A stretch of DNA of 64,000 nt from the IMG/VR virus record IMGVR_UViG_3300044658_000058, positions 1-64,000 of that record. One strand, written 5' to 3'. The notes under the pieces are model-generated. The model was not told the origin of the DNA and made no database searches. It worked only from the letters and a program-made list of their open reading frames with translations. The stretch's first letter is position 1. Every line of letters begins with the position of its first letter. This document shows positions 44,110 to 53,123 of the stretch, in pieces. This DNA comes from a virus. The position numbers and the translations under genes are program-made.

Positions 44110-45164
44110 AATTCTAACTCATTGGCTTTTTGATACAGATTCGTGAACAGACCCAAAAGCTTATCCTTTCGGACTGTCAACTTTTGGTCTGAATTCTGAA
44201 TGTATCTGGTAATGAATGTAAGGGTATCTTCTATTTCGAAATTGCCGTCTTCCTGACTGCTTTCAGTCCGGAATGCGGGTTCCTCCACCACGATAACGTT
44301 AGCGGCATTGGTCTTGTTCAGACGGTCCAGATACTTTTCGAAATTGACTGGATTGGTCTTGTTTTTGACCACTACTTTGATATAGGAATTGTCGATAACG
44401 GATGTATCGAGTTCCTGTTCGCCAGCCGAGTCATCATAGCTTAGCTTTTTGAACAGCTTATACGGATTTTCGATAAAGTCAATGGTCAAAGTTTCGGTAT
44501 CGAGAACATGGAAGCCCTTGGCCACGTCGTGATCTGCCCACGTCATTTCGTATGGTGTTCCAAGGTACATGATGCCGTTGGAATATGATTTGAAATGGAA
44601 ATGGCCAGAGAACACAGACAGGTAGGCATCGAAGATCGACCTGTTCAAGCCATGCTCCGCCGGACGACCACGCAACATTTCGTAGCCTTGAATTTCCAGA
44701 TGGCCCATGATCACTTTAGCTTTCGCTTCTGCGATCATTTCCATGGTGAGTGCCTGATTCTCTGGTGTAATCCATGGAACCATCAAAATTTTTAGGTCAC
44801 CGAACGTCTCATAGGTCGGTTCGGAATAGATCGTGAAATTGTAATCCTTCAAAAGCAACATTGGCGAGTTGACAGCCAACGTGTTCCGAAAAAATGAAGA
44901 GTGGTTCCCAAGGATGATGCGAAGATCGATATTCCGCTCTGCGATCTTGTCGAAATACATCTCACGGGTCATTTGGAGGGTCTGAAAGTTCACGTATTTC
45001 CGGCGATCAAACGTGTCGCCAAGATCAATCACGGTTTTGATGCCGTGATTGTCCAGATACGGGAAAAAGATATCGTCATAGAACTTTTTGTGATAATTCA
45101 GAAGCACCAAGGAGTCGTTTCGGACTCCAAAATGCTGGTCTGTAATTAAAGCCAGCTTGGTCAA
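44106..45164 (-). CDS. 47: Recombination endonuclease subunit gp47 (Mre11-like)
   Basis: DQHFG, GDTFD, GNH, SGHFH. Confidence 0.95.
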   Translation of the reverse strand: MTKLALITDQHFGVRNDSLVLLNYHKKFYDDIFFPYLDNHGIKTVIDLGDTFDRRKYVNFQTLQMTREMYFDKIAERNIDLRIILGNHSSFFRNTLAVNSPMLLLKDYNFTIYSEPTYETFGDLKILMVPWITPENQALTMEMIAEAKAKVIMGHLEIQGYEMLRGRPAEHGLNRSIFDAYLSVFSGHFHFKSYSNGIMYLGTPYEMTWADHDVAKGFHVLDTETLTIDFIENPYKLFKKLSYDDSAGEQELDTSVIDNSYIKVVVKNKTNPVNFEKYLDRLNKTNAANVIVVEEPAFRTESSQEDGNFEIEDTLTFITRYIQNSDQKLTVRKDKLLGLFTNLYQKANELEL

Positions 45165-45743
45165 TTAGTCGTCCAAATCCAATTTCGTCTGGTCACTCTT
45201 CTTTGTGACCTTCTTTTTCTTCTTCTCTACAGACGCCTCAAACTTTTCAACGAACAAGTTCATGTTCTCACGGGCACCATCAGAGTACTTCACCATGCTG
45301 TTATTGCCACCATCCGTTCCGGATTGCGTTTCCGAAGTTCCAAGGAAAATTTCAGTGTTTTCAATCGATTTGAATTTGGTGTACAAATACTTCTTTTCCT
45401 TCTCAATGCGACGAAGGAAAGCATACCAAGAAATCTGGGTGAAGTATGAGAACGGGGATGTAGACTTTTCGGGATCGAAGTTGTCGATATATTGGATGCA
45501 GTTAATGATGGCATCCGAGACAAGTTCGTCACGGAAAGGATATTTCTGAAACTGATGTAGGTGAGAAAGCTTTTCAGCAATATCCCACAAGCACTTTCCA
45601 ATGTAGTCATTGACCGCTGGCTTAGGCTTGCCTTGTTCTTTGGCAATCTTGACCGCAGTCGCATATTTCGTCATTTCAGTATAGAATTTTTTGTTATCTA
45701 CATAATGTTCAGCGTCTTTGTTGTTATTCTTCTTTGCTTTCAA
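45165..45743 (-). CDS. 55: Late sigma factor gp55
   Basis: HYVDNK.F, NFDPEKS..PFSYFTQI...AFLRRI.KEK. Confidence 0.95.
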   Translation of the reverse strand: MKAKKNNNKDAEHYVDNKKFYTEMTKYATAVKIAKEQGKPKPAVNDYIGKCLWDIAEKLSHLHQFQKYPFRDELVSDAIINCIQYIDNFDPEKSTSPFSYFTQISWYAFLRRIEKEKKYLYTKFKSIENTEIFLGTSETQSGTDGGNNSMVKYSDGARENMNLFVEKFEASVEKKKKKVTKKSDQTKLDLDD

Positions 45744-46075
45744 TGTAAATTTTTACTCTTTTCTTTTTGCTGGTCCTTCAATTGTTCATGATAATCCGCA
45801 AGACGGTCATAGGCATCAGCGGCTTTGCTATGGTATAGTTGCCCGAGAATGACGTTCGGGATAACGTTAAATAGAATATCGGCTTTGCAAATCACTATAG
45901 ATTGGTCAATGCCGTATGGAATAGCCGGTTGGATAGACATTCCCATTTGTTCACCGGTATCAACAATTATTACATCCATGACGGAAGTCAGAAGCATATA
46001 AGTATCATCTTCCGATTCTTTCATGCCTATAATAGTTTCGCCGCTTTTCAGACGGATGTATAGGACTCGTCTTAT
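45740..46075 (-). CDS. Conserved Sm-like protein between uvsW and 55 (probable ATA start)
   Basis: Frame extends upstream of ATG 46024 to include YIRLKSGETIIG; ATA overlaps the uvsW TAA. Confidence 0.65.
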   Translation of the reverse strand: MRRVLYIRLKSGETIIGMKESEDDTYMLLTSVMDVIIVDTGEQMGMSIQPAIPYGIDQSIVICKADILFNVIPNVILGQLYHSKAADAYDRLADYHEQLKDQQKEKSKNLH

Positions 46076-47562
46076 ATTTTTGTCGGAAGCTTGGCTTTGT
46101 AGATTTTGTATTTTAGACCTTCCTTGGCATAAATTTTCAGCCGTTTCTCAAGGTGTGTATATGTATGATTTTTTCTATCTTGGTGACGAAAATCGTCTGC
46201 CAAATCAAACAGGGTCACATGGTCCTTTTCCTTGCCACGGCGGAGGCCACGGCCAATGGATTGGAGATTACGAACTTTTGATTTGCTTGGGAAAGCGAAT
46301 ATCATATAATCGAGATTAACAATGTTAATACCACGACTATATGTTCCATATGAAGCGACGATAATGTTGTTTCGTCCGGCTTCTGTATCCTCTCTGATTA
46401 CTTCACGGTCGGCAACCGACACATCTCCGTAAACAAAATGAACTTTCTTGTTTTTGTCGTTTCTTTCCAGTATTTTATCATACAATATTTTACCATGTTT
46501 GTCAACATAATTGTAAAATACAAGAACATTACCGGGCAAAGATTGCGCCAAGTTTGCAATGAAATTATTGCGTTCTTCGTTCCCTATAAGGAAAGCTACT
46601 TCTGTTTTGTACTCTTTGTTTGCCTTCTTTGCGAAGTGCTGGCGCACTTCATCTTCATAGCTGAACACAATCACTTTTAGGGTAAGCTCGGAAGAGAACT
46701 GACGGTCGATCATCTCACGTGTTCGGATGAACTGCTTGATCGGCCCAAACAGACCGGTCAAAACCAATTCGTGAAGATCGACCTCATCGATAGTGCCAGT
46801 GAAACCTAGACGGATATGGGCGTCCGTGAGAACATCCATGATTTTCCGGATCGAAGCGCCCTTAGCTTCATGGGCTTCGTCCACCAACACCGCCTCATAG
46901 CCTTGAAACCAACGCTTGGTTTGGTTTATGGCCGACTGCCACGTGGTGATGACGATTCCATTCAGATTGGTTTTCTCGAAACCTTCATAAACACGGGAGC
47001 ATTCAGCTTCGACATTCCAGCTTGAATCTAGGCTTGAATAGAATGCAAAATCCTTGTACATTTGTTCCACCAGCGCTTTCGATGGAACAATCAGCATTAT
47101 TTTACATTTGAAATAACGAATGAGCGAATAGATCGCCAACGATTTGCCCGAATTGACGGCAGAGAGTGCCAGCATCCGTTTTTCACGGATGGCATGTGCA
47201 ATAGTCGCAAGCTGGTAGTCTCGGGCTTCGATTCCTTCCGGCAAATTCAGAGTTTTTAGAAAATCTTCCGCTTCCTTGATCGAAAACGAAGCCTGTGAGT
47301 CGTCAAAATGGACGTTGCACTGATAGCCACGTTCTTCACAGAACACCTTGACGTGGTTTAGCAGACCGTAATAAAGCGTTTTGTCTTGGAATTTGTATAG
47401 ACGAATTTTTCCATCCCAAATTTTAGCTTTATATTTTGGACTGTGCACCGCATTGGGTGCCATGAAAGTGAAAAATTCCCAAAGTTCTTTTTCTACCCCC
47501 GCCGTACTTCTAATTCTAAGATACGTGTTGTTGTGGTGGTAGACATCTACTATCGTGGTGAT
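46072..47562 (-). CDS. uvsW: SF2 helicase UvsW (non-canonical start)
   Basis: NSGKS, DEAH, GFTGT, QSIGRGLR; UvsW-like N-terminus (NTYLRI...ELWEFFTF) lies upstream of ATG 47463. Confidence 0.92.
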   Translation of the reverse strand: MTTIVDVYHHNNTYLRIRSTAGVEKELWEFFTFMAPNAVHSPKYKAKIWDGKIRLYKFQDKTLYYGLLNHVKVFCEERGYQCNVHFDDSQASFSIKEAEDFLKTLNLPEGIEARDYQLATIAHAIREKRMLALSAVNSGKSLAIYSLIRYFKCKIMLIVPSKALVEQMYKDFAFYSSLDSSWNVEAECSRVYEGFEKTNLNGIVITTWQSAINQTKRWFQGYEAVLVDEAHEAKGASIRKIMDVLTDAHIRLGFTGTIDEVDLHELVLTGLFGPIKQFIRTREMIDRQFSSELTLKVIVFSYEDEVRQHFAKKANKEYKTEVAFLIGNEERNNFIANLAQSLPGNVLVFYNYVDKHGKILYDKILERNDKNKKVHFVYGDVSVADREVIREDTEAGRNNIIVASYGTYSRGINIVNLDYMIFAFPSKSKVRNLQSIGRGLRRGKEKDHVTLFDLADDFRHQDRKNHTYTHLEKRLKIYAKEGLKYKIYKAKLPTKI

Positions 47563-47564
47563 AA

Positions 47565-48008
47565 TTACATTCCCGAATAATATTTTTTGATTTCAATCCA
47601 ATTTTTGATATCGTTACCACGGCAGTATCTTAAATATTCAACGATTTCTTTGCAGTAGAGCATGAATTCTTCTGCATTTTCAACTTGGTTCATGAGCGAT
47701 GTGTACATAGGATCGGCCTTTGCCATCTTTTCGGCTTGATCCTTGGTTTTTGCGATGTATGGGCTCTTCGCTGTTCTTTTCAACTCTTCAAGATAGATGC
47801 CTTGAAGGTAATATCCTTCCAACCAAAATTGGACAGTTTCTTTTTTGCGAAGAAGCGCTTTATATGTAAGCCGGTATGTGGATAGAATTTTTCCATATTT
47901 CTCATGAAGCATATTGCCTTTAGCGGCATCCTCTGTCATGAGATTGGGATCATTGTAATGAATAGTACTGTCTTTAGCGTATTCGTCTCTAAGTTCTTCT
48001 AGTGTCAA
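47565..48008 (-). CDS. uvsY: Recombination mediator UvsY
   Basis: MTLEEL...KDS.I, HEKY, IKNWIE; synteny. Confidence 0.8.
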   Translation of the reverse strand: MTLEELRDEYAKDSTIHYNDPNLMTEDAAKGNMLHEKYGKILSTYRLTYKALLRKKETVQFWLEGYYLQGIYLEELKRTAKSPYIAKTKDQAEKMAKADPMYTSLMNQVENAEEFMLYCKEIVEYLRYCRGNDIKNWIEIKKYYSGM

Positions 48009-48032
48009 ATGCGATTCCTAAGTTTATCTTCA

Positions 48033-48061
48033 AATATACATGAAAAAGTACTGTAAGTCAA
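48033..48061 (-). promoter_or_regulatory. Sigma70 promoter of uvsY
   Basis: TTGACT-N17-TATATT. Confidence 0.65.
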
Positions 48062-48275
48062 TTTGTGTCAAGTCTTTTCTCGAAAAAAGATTCATTGTAG
48101 AATCAAACACTTAGTTATATTTCGAGTATATTGTAACAATTCGTGATTTGACTCTTTATTTCAGGCATATTATGGTCTGTCTTTATAACCATAGAGTCTA
48201 ATAAAAGAATCATTAGATACAGCTTCGCTGTTCGAGCTTTGCTCGAATGTCTAGTAAATCTCTAATATGATTCAG

Positions 48276-48800
48276 TTACACAAATTCATACCAGTCGTAC
48301 TTGAATCCGACTGTCGCTGATACGACTCCTTTTTCGGTAGTGTCCATATCAATGCCTGTAAGGCTAATTGGCATCATGTTACGGAAAGTGATATTGATGT
48401 TTGGATTCGAAGAGTTCGTTAGCGAGAACAAAGTACCATCAGATGTCACATTGTAACGTTCTGTTACATTCAGACGCTTTGCTTCAAACTCTTTGAACTG
48501 GTCTGTTGTCTGTGGAGCGGTGATACCAACCATCCAATTGAATATTTCTTTGTAGTTGGTCAAATCTTCCGATACACGGAATGATAGAATCAAATCTTCA
48601 TAATACAATTTGGTGGCACCAACGTTGAAATAGTTAAGAGGATTGTGGAGAACTTTCGGTTCGAAAGAAATGCCGGGTAGATTCGCACGGAAACAGAAAA
48701 ATTCTACATTCTTGGCTTCATGAAGCACGAATTTGAATTTGTCTGCATAAAGTGGATTGACGTTTATGGGTACAATCGGTGGACGTTCGATATCGGCCAT
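48276..48800 (-). CDS. 3: Tail completion/sheath stabilizer gp3
   Basis: NPL...F.F, ANLPGI, YEDL...F.VSEDL.NY.EI.NW; late promoter at 48845-48852. Confidence 0.85.
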   Translation of the reverse strand: MADIERPPIVPINVNPLYADKFKFVLHEAKNVEFFCFRANLPGISFEPKVLHNPLNYFNVGATKLYYEDLILSFRVSEDLTNYKEIFNWMVGITAPQTTDQFKEFEAKRLNVTERYNVTSDGTLFSLTNSSNPNINITFRNMMPISLTGIDMDTTEKGVVSATVGFKYDWYEFV

Positions 48801-48863
48801 TTTTCTTATTGACATTCCCGAAAAAATTGATATGAGTATGTCCGTATTTATAAGGAATAACCG

Positions 48864-49034
48864 ATGAAGCCCAAGGATCACGTCAAGGTACTCACTTCCA
48901 TCGCCATGCCCGATACGGTTGGCGTCGTGAGAGAGATAACCAATCAGGGACGTGTGGTTGTGGAGTTTTCAAACAACCGGGTTGGCTTCTACACCTTGGG
49001 TTCCGACGAATTCGAAATCGTAAAGGAAGCCTAA
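48864..49034 (+). CDS. Small hypothetical protein
   Basis: Manual ORF MKPKDHVKV...; AAGGA SD. Confidence 0.55.
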   Translation: MKPKDHVKVLTSIAMPDTVGVVREITNQGRVVVEFSNNRVGFYTLGSDEFEIVKEA

Positions 49035-49041
49035 ATATTAG

Positions 49042-49119
49042 GCCCATGTAGGCCAATCGGTTAGAGTCGGCGGACTTAAAATCCGTACAGTGTGGGTTCG
49101 AATCCCACCATGGGCACCA
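49042..49119 (+). tRNA. tRNA-Leu(UAA), short variable arm
   Basis: GCCCATG/CATGGGC stem, anticodon TAA, ACCA end. Confidence 0.88.
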
Positions 49120-49134
49120 ACAACGGAGAATATA

Positions 49135-49356
49135 ATGAAATTGCGAATTCATATCGGCTGTAAACATTCCGATATGTCGTGGATTCAAATCGAAGATGAA
49201 CAGAACGACGTTCTTTTAGACCACGATGGTTACGGAACAGGTCTTGGTTCTCTGTCATCAGGCGATTATATGGAATTCGAGATTGACAATGATACAGGAA
49301 CCATCTTAGGATGGAAGCCTATCACTCTTGAAGAAATCAAAAACTTCAAAAAATAA
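49135..49356 (+). CDS. Conserved small hypothetical protein
   Basis: HDGY...GDYM.FEID.DTG.I.GW; GGAG SD. Confidence 0.65.
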   Translation: MKLRIHIGCKHSDMSWIQIEDEQNDVLLDHDGYGTGLGSLSSGDYMEFEIDNDTGTILGWKPITLEEIKNFKK

Positions 49357-49362
49357 CATTTT

Positions 49363-49440
49363 CGCCCGTTAGCTTAGTTGGTCTAAAGCCCTCTGCTCAT
49401 AACAGAGTGATCGTCGGTTCGAATCCGACACGGGCAACCA
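49363..49440 (+). tRNA. tRNA-Met(CAU), initiator-like acceptor (C1xA72)
   Basis: CGCCCGT/ACGGGCA-A-CCA; anticodon stem CTCTG/CAGAG; anticodon CAT. Confidence 0.88.
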
Positions 49441-49443
49441 AAT

Positions 49444-49539
49444 TCCTCCGTTACGGACTCGTGCCGTCGCTTGGAGCCCCCTATATTTTTACCGGTCGGA
49501 TAGGGCACCGTTCAATTCGGGAAACGGAGGAGTCGACCA
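49444..49539 (+). ncRNA. tRNA-like structured RNA of unknown type
   Basis: 9-bp closing stem TCCTCCGTT/AACGGAGGA, internal hairpins, CCG-TTCAATT-CGG T-arm, downstream ACCA. Confidence 0.5.
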
Positions 49540-49555
49540 TTTTCAAAAGGAAAAC

Positions 49556-49885
49556 ATGACGACTTCGCCTTGGGCTAATTTCCAGCCCCCACAAGAACCA
49601 CAATCTGAATTCAAACCGTTCTTCTATGGGTTCGGTTCCAAAGAAATGAAAGAGCGGTTTCTAGCGAGAAATCAAGAGCTTAAAGAGAAATTGGAGCAAG
49701 CCAGCGTCCCAATTCTCGTCATTATGACATACTCAGTCGTTGACGTTCTGGTCGTGTCGTATAGGGACGATACCGACACAATCTGGATTGATCCTGAAAT
49801 TCCGGACGGTTTTTTCCGAATGTATCATGGCGATGATGGCAAAGCCGGTTTCAAAGAATTTAACTTTGATGAAAAACGGGATTGA
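49556..49885 (+). CDS. Hypothetical protein
   Basis: AAGGA SD. Confidence 0.6.
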   Translation: MTTSPWANFQPPQEPQSEFKPFFYGFGSKEMKERFLARNQELKEKLEQASVPILVIMTYSVVDVLVVSYRDDTDTIWIDPEIPDGFFRMYHGDDGKAGFKEFNFDEKRD

Positions 49886-49888
49886 ATT

Positions 49889-50080
49889 ATGGAAAAAGTT
49901 ATATATTGTCAGGAAATCAAGGCAGATGAATCCAGAAATTTGCCTATATATAGCAGAACCGTTTGGGAAGAGCCTTATTACGAACATGGCGATTCTTTTA
50001 ACGGTCGAGCGCTTCCTGTTTTGGTCGCCGCTGCATCGATAGCCGCTCTGATTTCCATCTTTTTGATGGCTGTTATCTGA
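49889..50080 (+). CDS. Small membrane protein
   Basis: C-terminal TM. Confidence 0.5.
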   Translation: MEKVIYCQEIKADESRNLPIYSRTVWEEPYYEHGDSFNGRALPVLVAAASIAALISIFLMAVI

Positions 50081-50087
50081 ACATTAA

Positions 50088-50164
50088 TGGAACGTAGCTT
50101 AGTCTGGTAAAGCCCCCAACTGATAATTGGGAGATCAGTGGTTCAAATCCACTCGTTCCAACCA
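50088..50164 (+). tRNA. tRNA-Ile(GAU)
   Basis: TGGAACG/CGTTCCA stem, anticodon GAT, ACCA end. Confidence 0.9.
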
Positions 50165-50196
50165 TTTAATTCATTGACATTCTCATATTATCCTAT

Positions 50197-51039
50197 ATGT
50201 TTCGGAAAATTATCCGAACACAAGGATTCGATATGGTAGACATCGCCCCTGAATTGGAGCCCGTCGATTATTTTGCCGACGTTAAGGCTAAGCTAATTGA
50301 AGCCAACAAAGATGACTTGGCAAACCAAGTCGGCGTTTTGCAAGCGCAAATCGTTCTGGCCAACGAAATCGGTCAGAAGGCTTTCCTTCACAAGCTGTCA
50401 TTCGCCTATAAGACCATCGAGAAAGAAATCCAAGCCATTGCTGGTGGCTGGAATCGATACGTCCTCGAAAAGGACATCAAAGCTTTCATCGACAAGGTGA
50501 CACCGAAGCACTCCGTCAAGATCATCGAATTGGAGCGCTTCCCACGGGCTATCCCGGTCGAAGTTTTGGAAAAAATCAAAGCCGCACAGGCGGCAAAAAT
50601 TTTCGACAATTTTGTGGTGGTCTTCACCGATTTCACAGGCTTGACACATTCCACGGTTCAAACCGAAACGGAAAAGAAGGTCATTGCCCGCAACAAAGAC
50701 CCAATCGTATTCGGCTATTTCACATCGCCTGAAACTGGAATTCGCTATGACAAATTCTATTTCATTGCTGATTGGGTCGATGAATATTGCGATCTGGATT
50801 TTTCCAAGCTTATCGAGCGTATGACGGAACTTGGGATCAAAAATCCCGTTCACGACCTTGATATCGATCCGATCATGGTTTCCAACATTGTGGAAACGGC
50901 TATGAAAGATATGATCGAAAAGTCGTCGCCAAGGAATTGGTCTGATAGCGTTAGAGTGGTCGAGAGAGAAATTCCAGAGAAGGTCAGCGTTTTCCAGAAA
51001 ATCAAAAATTTCATCGTTGAAAATGGGAAAATCGGCTGA
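50197..51039 (+). CDS. Conserved phage hypothetical protein
   Basis: VKIIELE.FPR.IP, KDPI.FG, FIADW.DEYCDL; real start may be ATG 50233. Confidence 0.75.
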   Translation: MFRKIIRTQGFDMVDIAPELEPVDYFADVKAKLIEANKDDLANQVGVLQAQIVLANEIGQKAFLHKLSFAYKTIEKEIQAIAGGWNRYVLEKDIKAFIDKVTPKHSVKIIELERFPRAIPVEVLEKIKAAQAAKIFDNFVVVFTDFTGLTHSTVQTETEKKVIARNKDPIVFGYFTSPETGIRYDKFYFIADWVDEYCDLDFSKLIERMTELGIKNPVHDLDIDPIMVSNIVETAMKDMIEKSSPRNWSDSVRVVEREIPEKVSVFQKIKNFIVENGKIG

Positions 51040-51527
51040 TGGAACACCTTCCCGAAGAAATCGACCTGACATTTGGTCGATTGTTTTCAACGGAATGGAA
51101 CGACAAGTTCGATAACGTTCGTCGGTATATAAACTATACCGAGGATGTTGGTGAGCTATACAATTTGACTGGCCAATTCCGGATGTTGGAAAATCTTACA
51201 TTCGTCATCACACCACATCCATGGGCCGAAACGATCTTCAAAAAAGATTTGTGGGATCATGATAGCAATCGAGATGCATGGTTGTGGACGTATCAAAGGT
51301 TTTTTGGCGAATATCCGTCTATGACAGAGGAAGAAAAGCGATCTTCCGAGTTGATGTACTATGAAATGTACGACGGAAAAACTTGTGAGTATTGTGTTAA
51401 CACTATTGACTTTTTTACAAAGAGTCGATACAGTGGTATGTGTAACATCTGCACGGAACGTGAAGACTATATAAGAAAGCACGGCTTCTTTGCAGAAGAA
51501 ATCTTAGATACTCCATGGTTGGAATAG
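51039..51527 (+). CDS. Hypothetical protein with C-terminal Zn finger
   Basis: CEYC...CNIC. Confidence 0.6.
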   Translation: MEHLPEEIDLTFGRLFSTEWNDKFDNVRRYINYTEDVGELYNLTGQFRMLENLTFVITPHPWAETIFKKDLWDHDSNRDAWLWTYQRFFGEYPSMTEEEKRSSELMYYEMYDGKTCEYCVNTIDFFTKSRYSGMCNICTEREDYIRKHGFFAEEILDTPWLE

Positions 51528-51528
51528 C

Positions 51529-51999
51529 GTGAGTAAGGACATTATAATGGGATCACCGGAAGTAACAAGAGACAAGGCCGCAGTTTTTGACAAGCTGCTT
51601 GGCAAACGTTTGGAAGAGATTATCGACAAGATCGGTACGCTTGGAAATCTCTCCAATCCGTACAACTATACATTCACCGAAGAAAAATGGGAAGACGCCT
51701 TTAAAAGGCTTGACGCTTCCGTGGCGGCGCTGAAAGAACGTGCTGCAAAAGGTTTGAGGGACCAACCGCTTGTTGGGACCGGTCGCCGCAAGAAAGATGC
51801 ATCGCCGGACTCTGGCACTGAAACCGCTCCGGTACAATCCGAAGAACAGCCCGGTGACACCGGCACAAGCCCGTCATTGGCGGAAACGACTTCGGCTCTG
51901 GTCGATGAAGCGAGCGAAGCGGCCAAACAGGCACAACGGGAAGAAATGGAACGTATCGAGAAAGAGGATGTTCCTGACTTCCTGAAAAAGAAAGCGTAA
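51529..51999 (+). CDS. Hypothetical protein
   Basis: LGNLSN..NY motif; C-terminal VPDFLKK. Confidence 0.65.
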   Translation: MSKDIIMGSPEVTRDKAAVFDKLLGKRLEEIIDKIGTLGNLSNPYNYTFTEEKWEDAFKRLDASVAALKERAAKGLRDQPLVGTGRRKKDASPDSGTETAPVQSEEQPGDTGTSPSLAETTSALVDEASEAAKQAQREEMERIEKEDVPDFLKKKA

Positions 52000-52038
52000 T
52001 GTTCGACCACGCTATTTCTTAAAGTCGCATACATTTCG

Positions 52039-52076
52039 AGGGGTTCACTGGCGGAAGCTGGTGAGCCCCTTTTTTT
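52039..52076 (+). terminator. Rho-independent terminator
   Basis: GC-rich stem followed by T7. Confidence 0.8.
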
Positions 52077-52120
52077 CATAAATATTACATGTACTTCCCT
52101 CCTACTAAGAAAGGCTATAT

Positions 52121-52879
52121 TTGGCACTATTTAAGTATATTGTAAATGGTATTAAAACTCTTACAATAATCGGCCTTATTGCATTAACGACGTACCCATA
52201 CTATCAGAGATATCACGATATTCCGATCACGACTAATATAAAATCAACAGTCGCTATCGAAAATAGAATGATCATAACCGATCCCAAAACTGGCGAACAA
52301 CAAAGAGGCGCAGCGGTTGGGGCCGGTGTTATTATAAACAGTCAGTTCATTTTGACTGTTCAGCATCTAATAAACGACAATCCTAACGGCGACAAGAAAA
52401 ATAACTTCATCGTTCACACAAACGATGAAAGAAGCATCGAAGCAGAGCTTTATTCCGTGACGAAACAAAAGCTAAGCTCGGGTGAGACTGTAGATTTGAT
52501 GGTTCTCAAATTAGCTTCGCCATTGGAAGGTTATCCCGCAGCAAAATTCTCTTGTGTCAAGCCGCAAATTGGAGATTCTATTCACACAATCGGCACTCCA
52601 CAAGGATTCCCATTCATGATTCAGTTTGGTAACGTCGCAAAATTGAGATTACCAAAGGGAGATGCTTTGGATGACCGTTATGTTGTGGATATGAGTATAT
52701 TCCATGGCAATTCCGGTGGCCCTGTTTTTGATTCTCATGGTTTTGTCGTCGGCCTTTCTGATGCCATTCTCTATTGGGAAGACGAATTCGGTAAACATCC
52801 TTCGCCAATTGCTTTGATCATGTCGCCGGTCGATATGTGCAATTTCATGGATAGCCTGAACATAAAATATTCCGCTTGA
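52121..52879 (+). CDS. Membrane-anchored trypsin-like serine protease
   Basis: LTVQH, DL, GNSGGP catalytic triad; N-terminal TM; late promoter CATAAATA at 52077. Confidence 0.85.
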   Translation: MALFKYIVNGIKTLTIIGLIALTTYPYYQRYHDIPITTNIKSTVAIENRMIITDPKTGEQQRGAAVGAGVIINSQFILTVQHLINDNPNGDKKNNFIVHTNDERSIEAELYSVTKQKLSSGETVDLMVLKLASPLEGYPAAKFSCVKPQIGDSIHTIGTPQGFPFMIQFGNVAKLRLPKGDALDDRYVVDMSIFHGNSGGPVFDSHGFVVGLSDAILYWEDEFGKHPSPIALIMSPVDMCNFMDSLNIKYSA

Positions 52880-52904
52880 CAACTCTCTAATTACTCATTA
52901 TATG
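52876..52904 (+). promoter_or_regulatory. Early promoter
   Basis: TTGACA-N17-TATATG. Confidence 0.6.
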
Positions 52905-52931
52905 AGGGAAGTAATGAGAGGGAGTTGACGG

Positions 52932-53123
52932 ATGTATTTGGCACCGGTCGTTGTTTCGCAGAATTTCCACCACGGGTACAAGGTGGAGTTCGAAACCGGC
53001 AAACGTCTTCGGACGCTGGTGGATGAAAATTCGGACGATCTTTCGCAGGCACAGGCCCGGAAGCTTGTCCACACGCTCGAAAGCCACGGCCACAAGGCCG
53101 TGTGGCTGGTCGAAGGCGAATAA
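52932..53123 (+). CDS. Hypothetical protein
   Basis: GGGAG SD. Confidence 0.6.
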   Translation: MYLAPVVVSQNFHHGYKVEFETGKRLRTLVDENSDDLSQAQARKLVHTLESHGHKAVWLVEGE

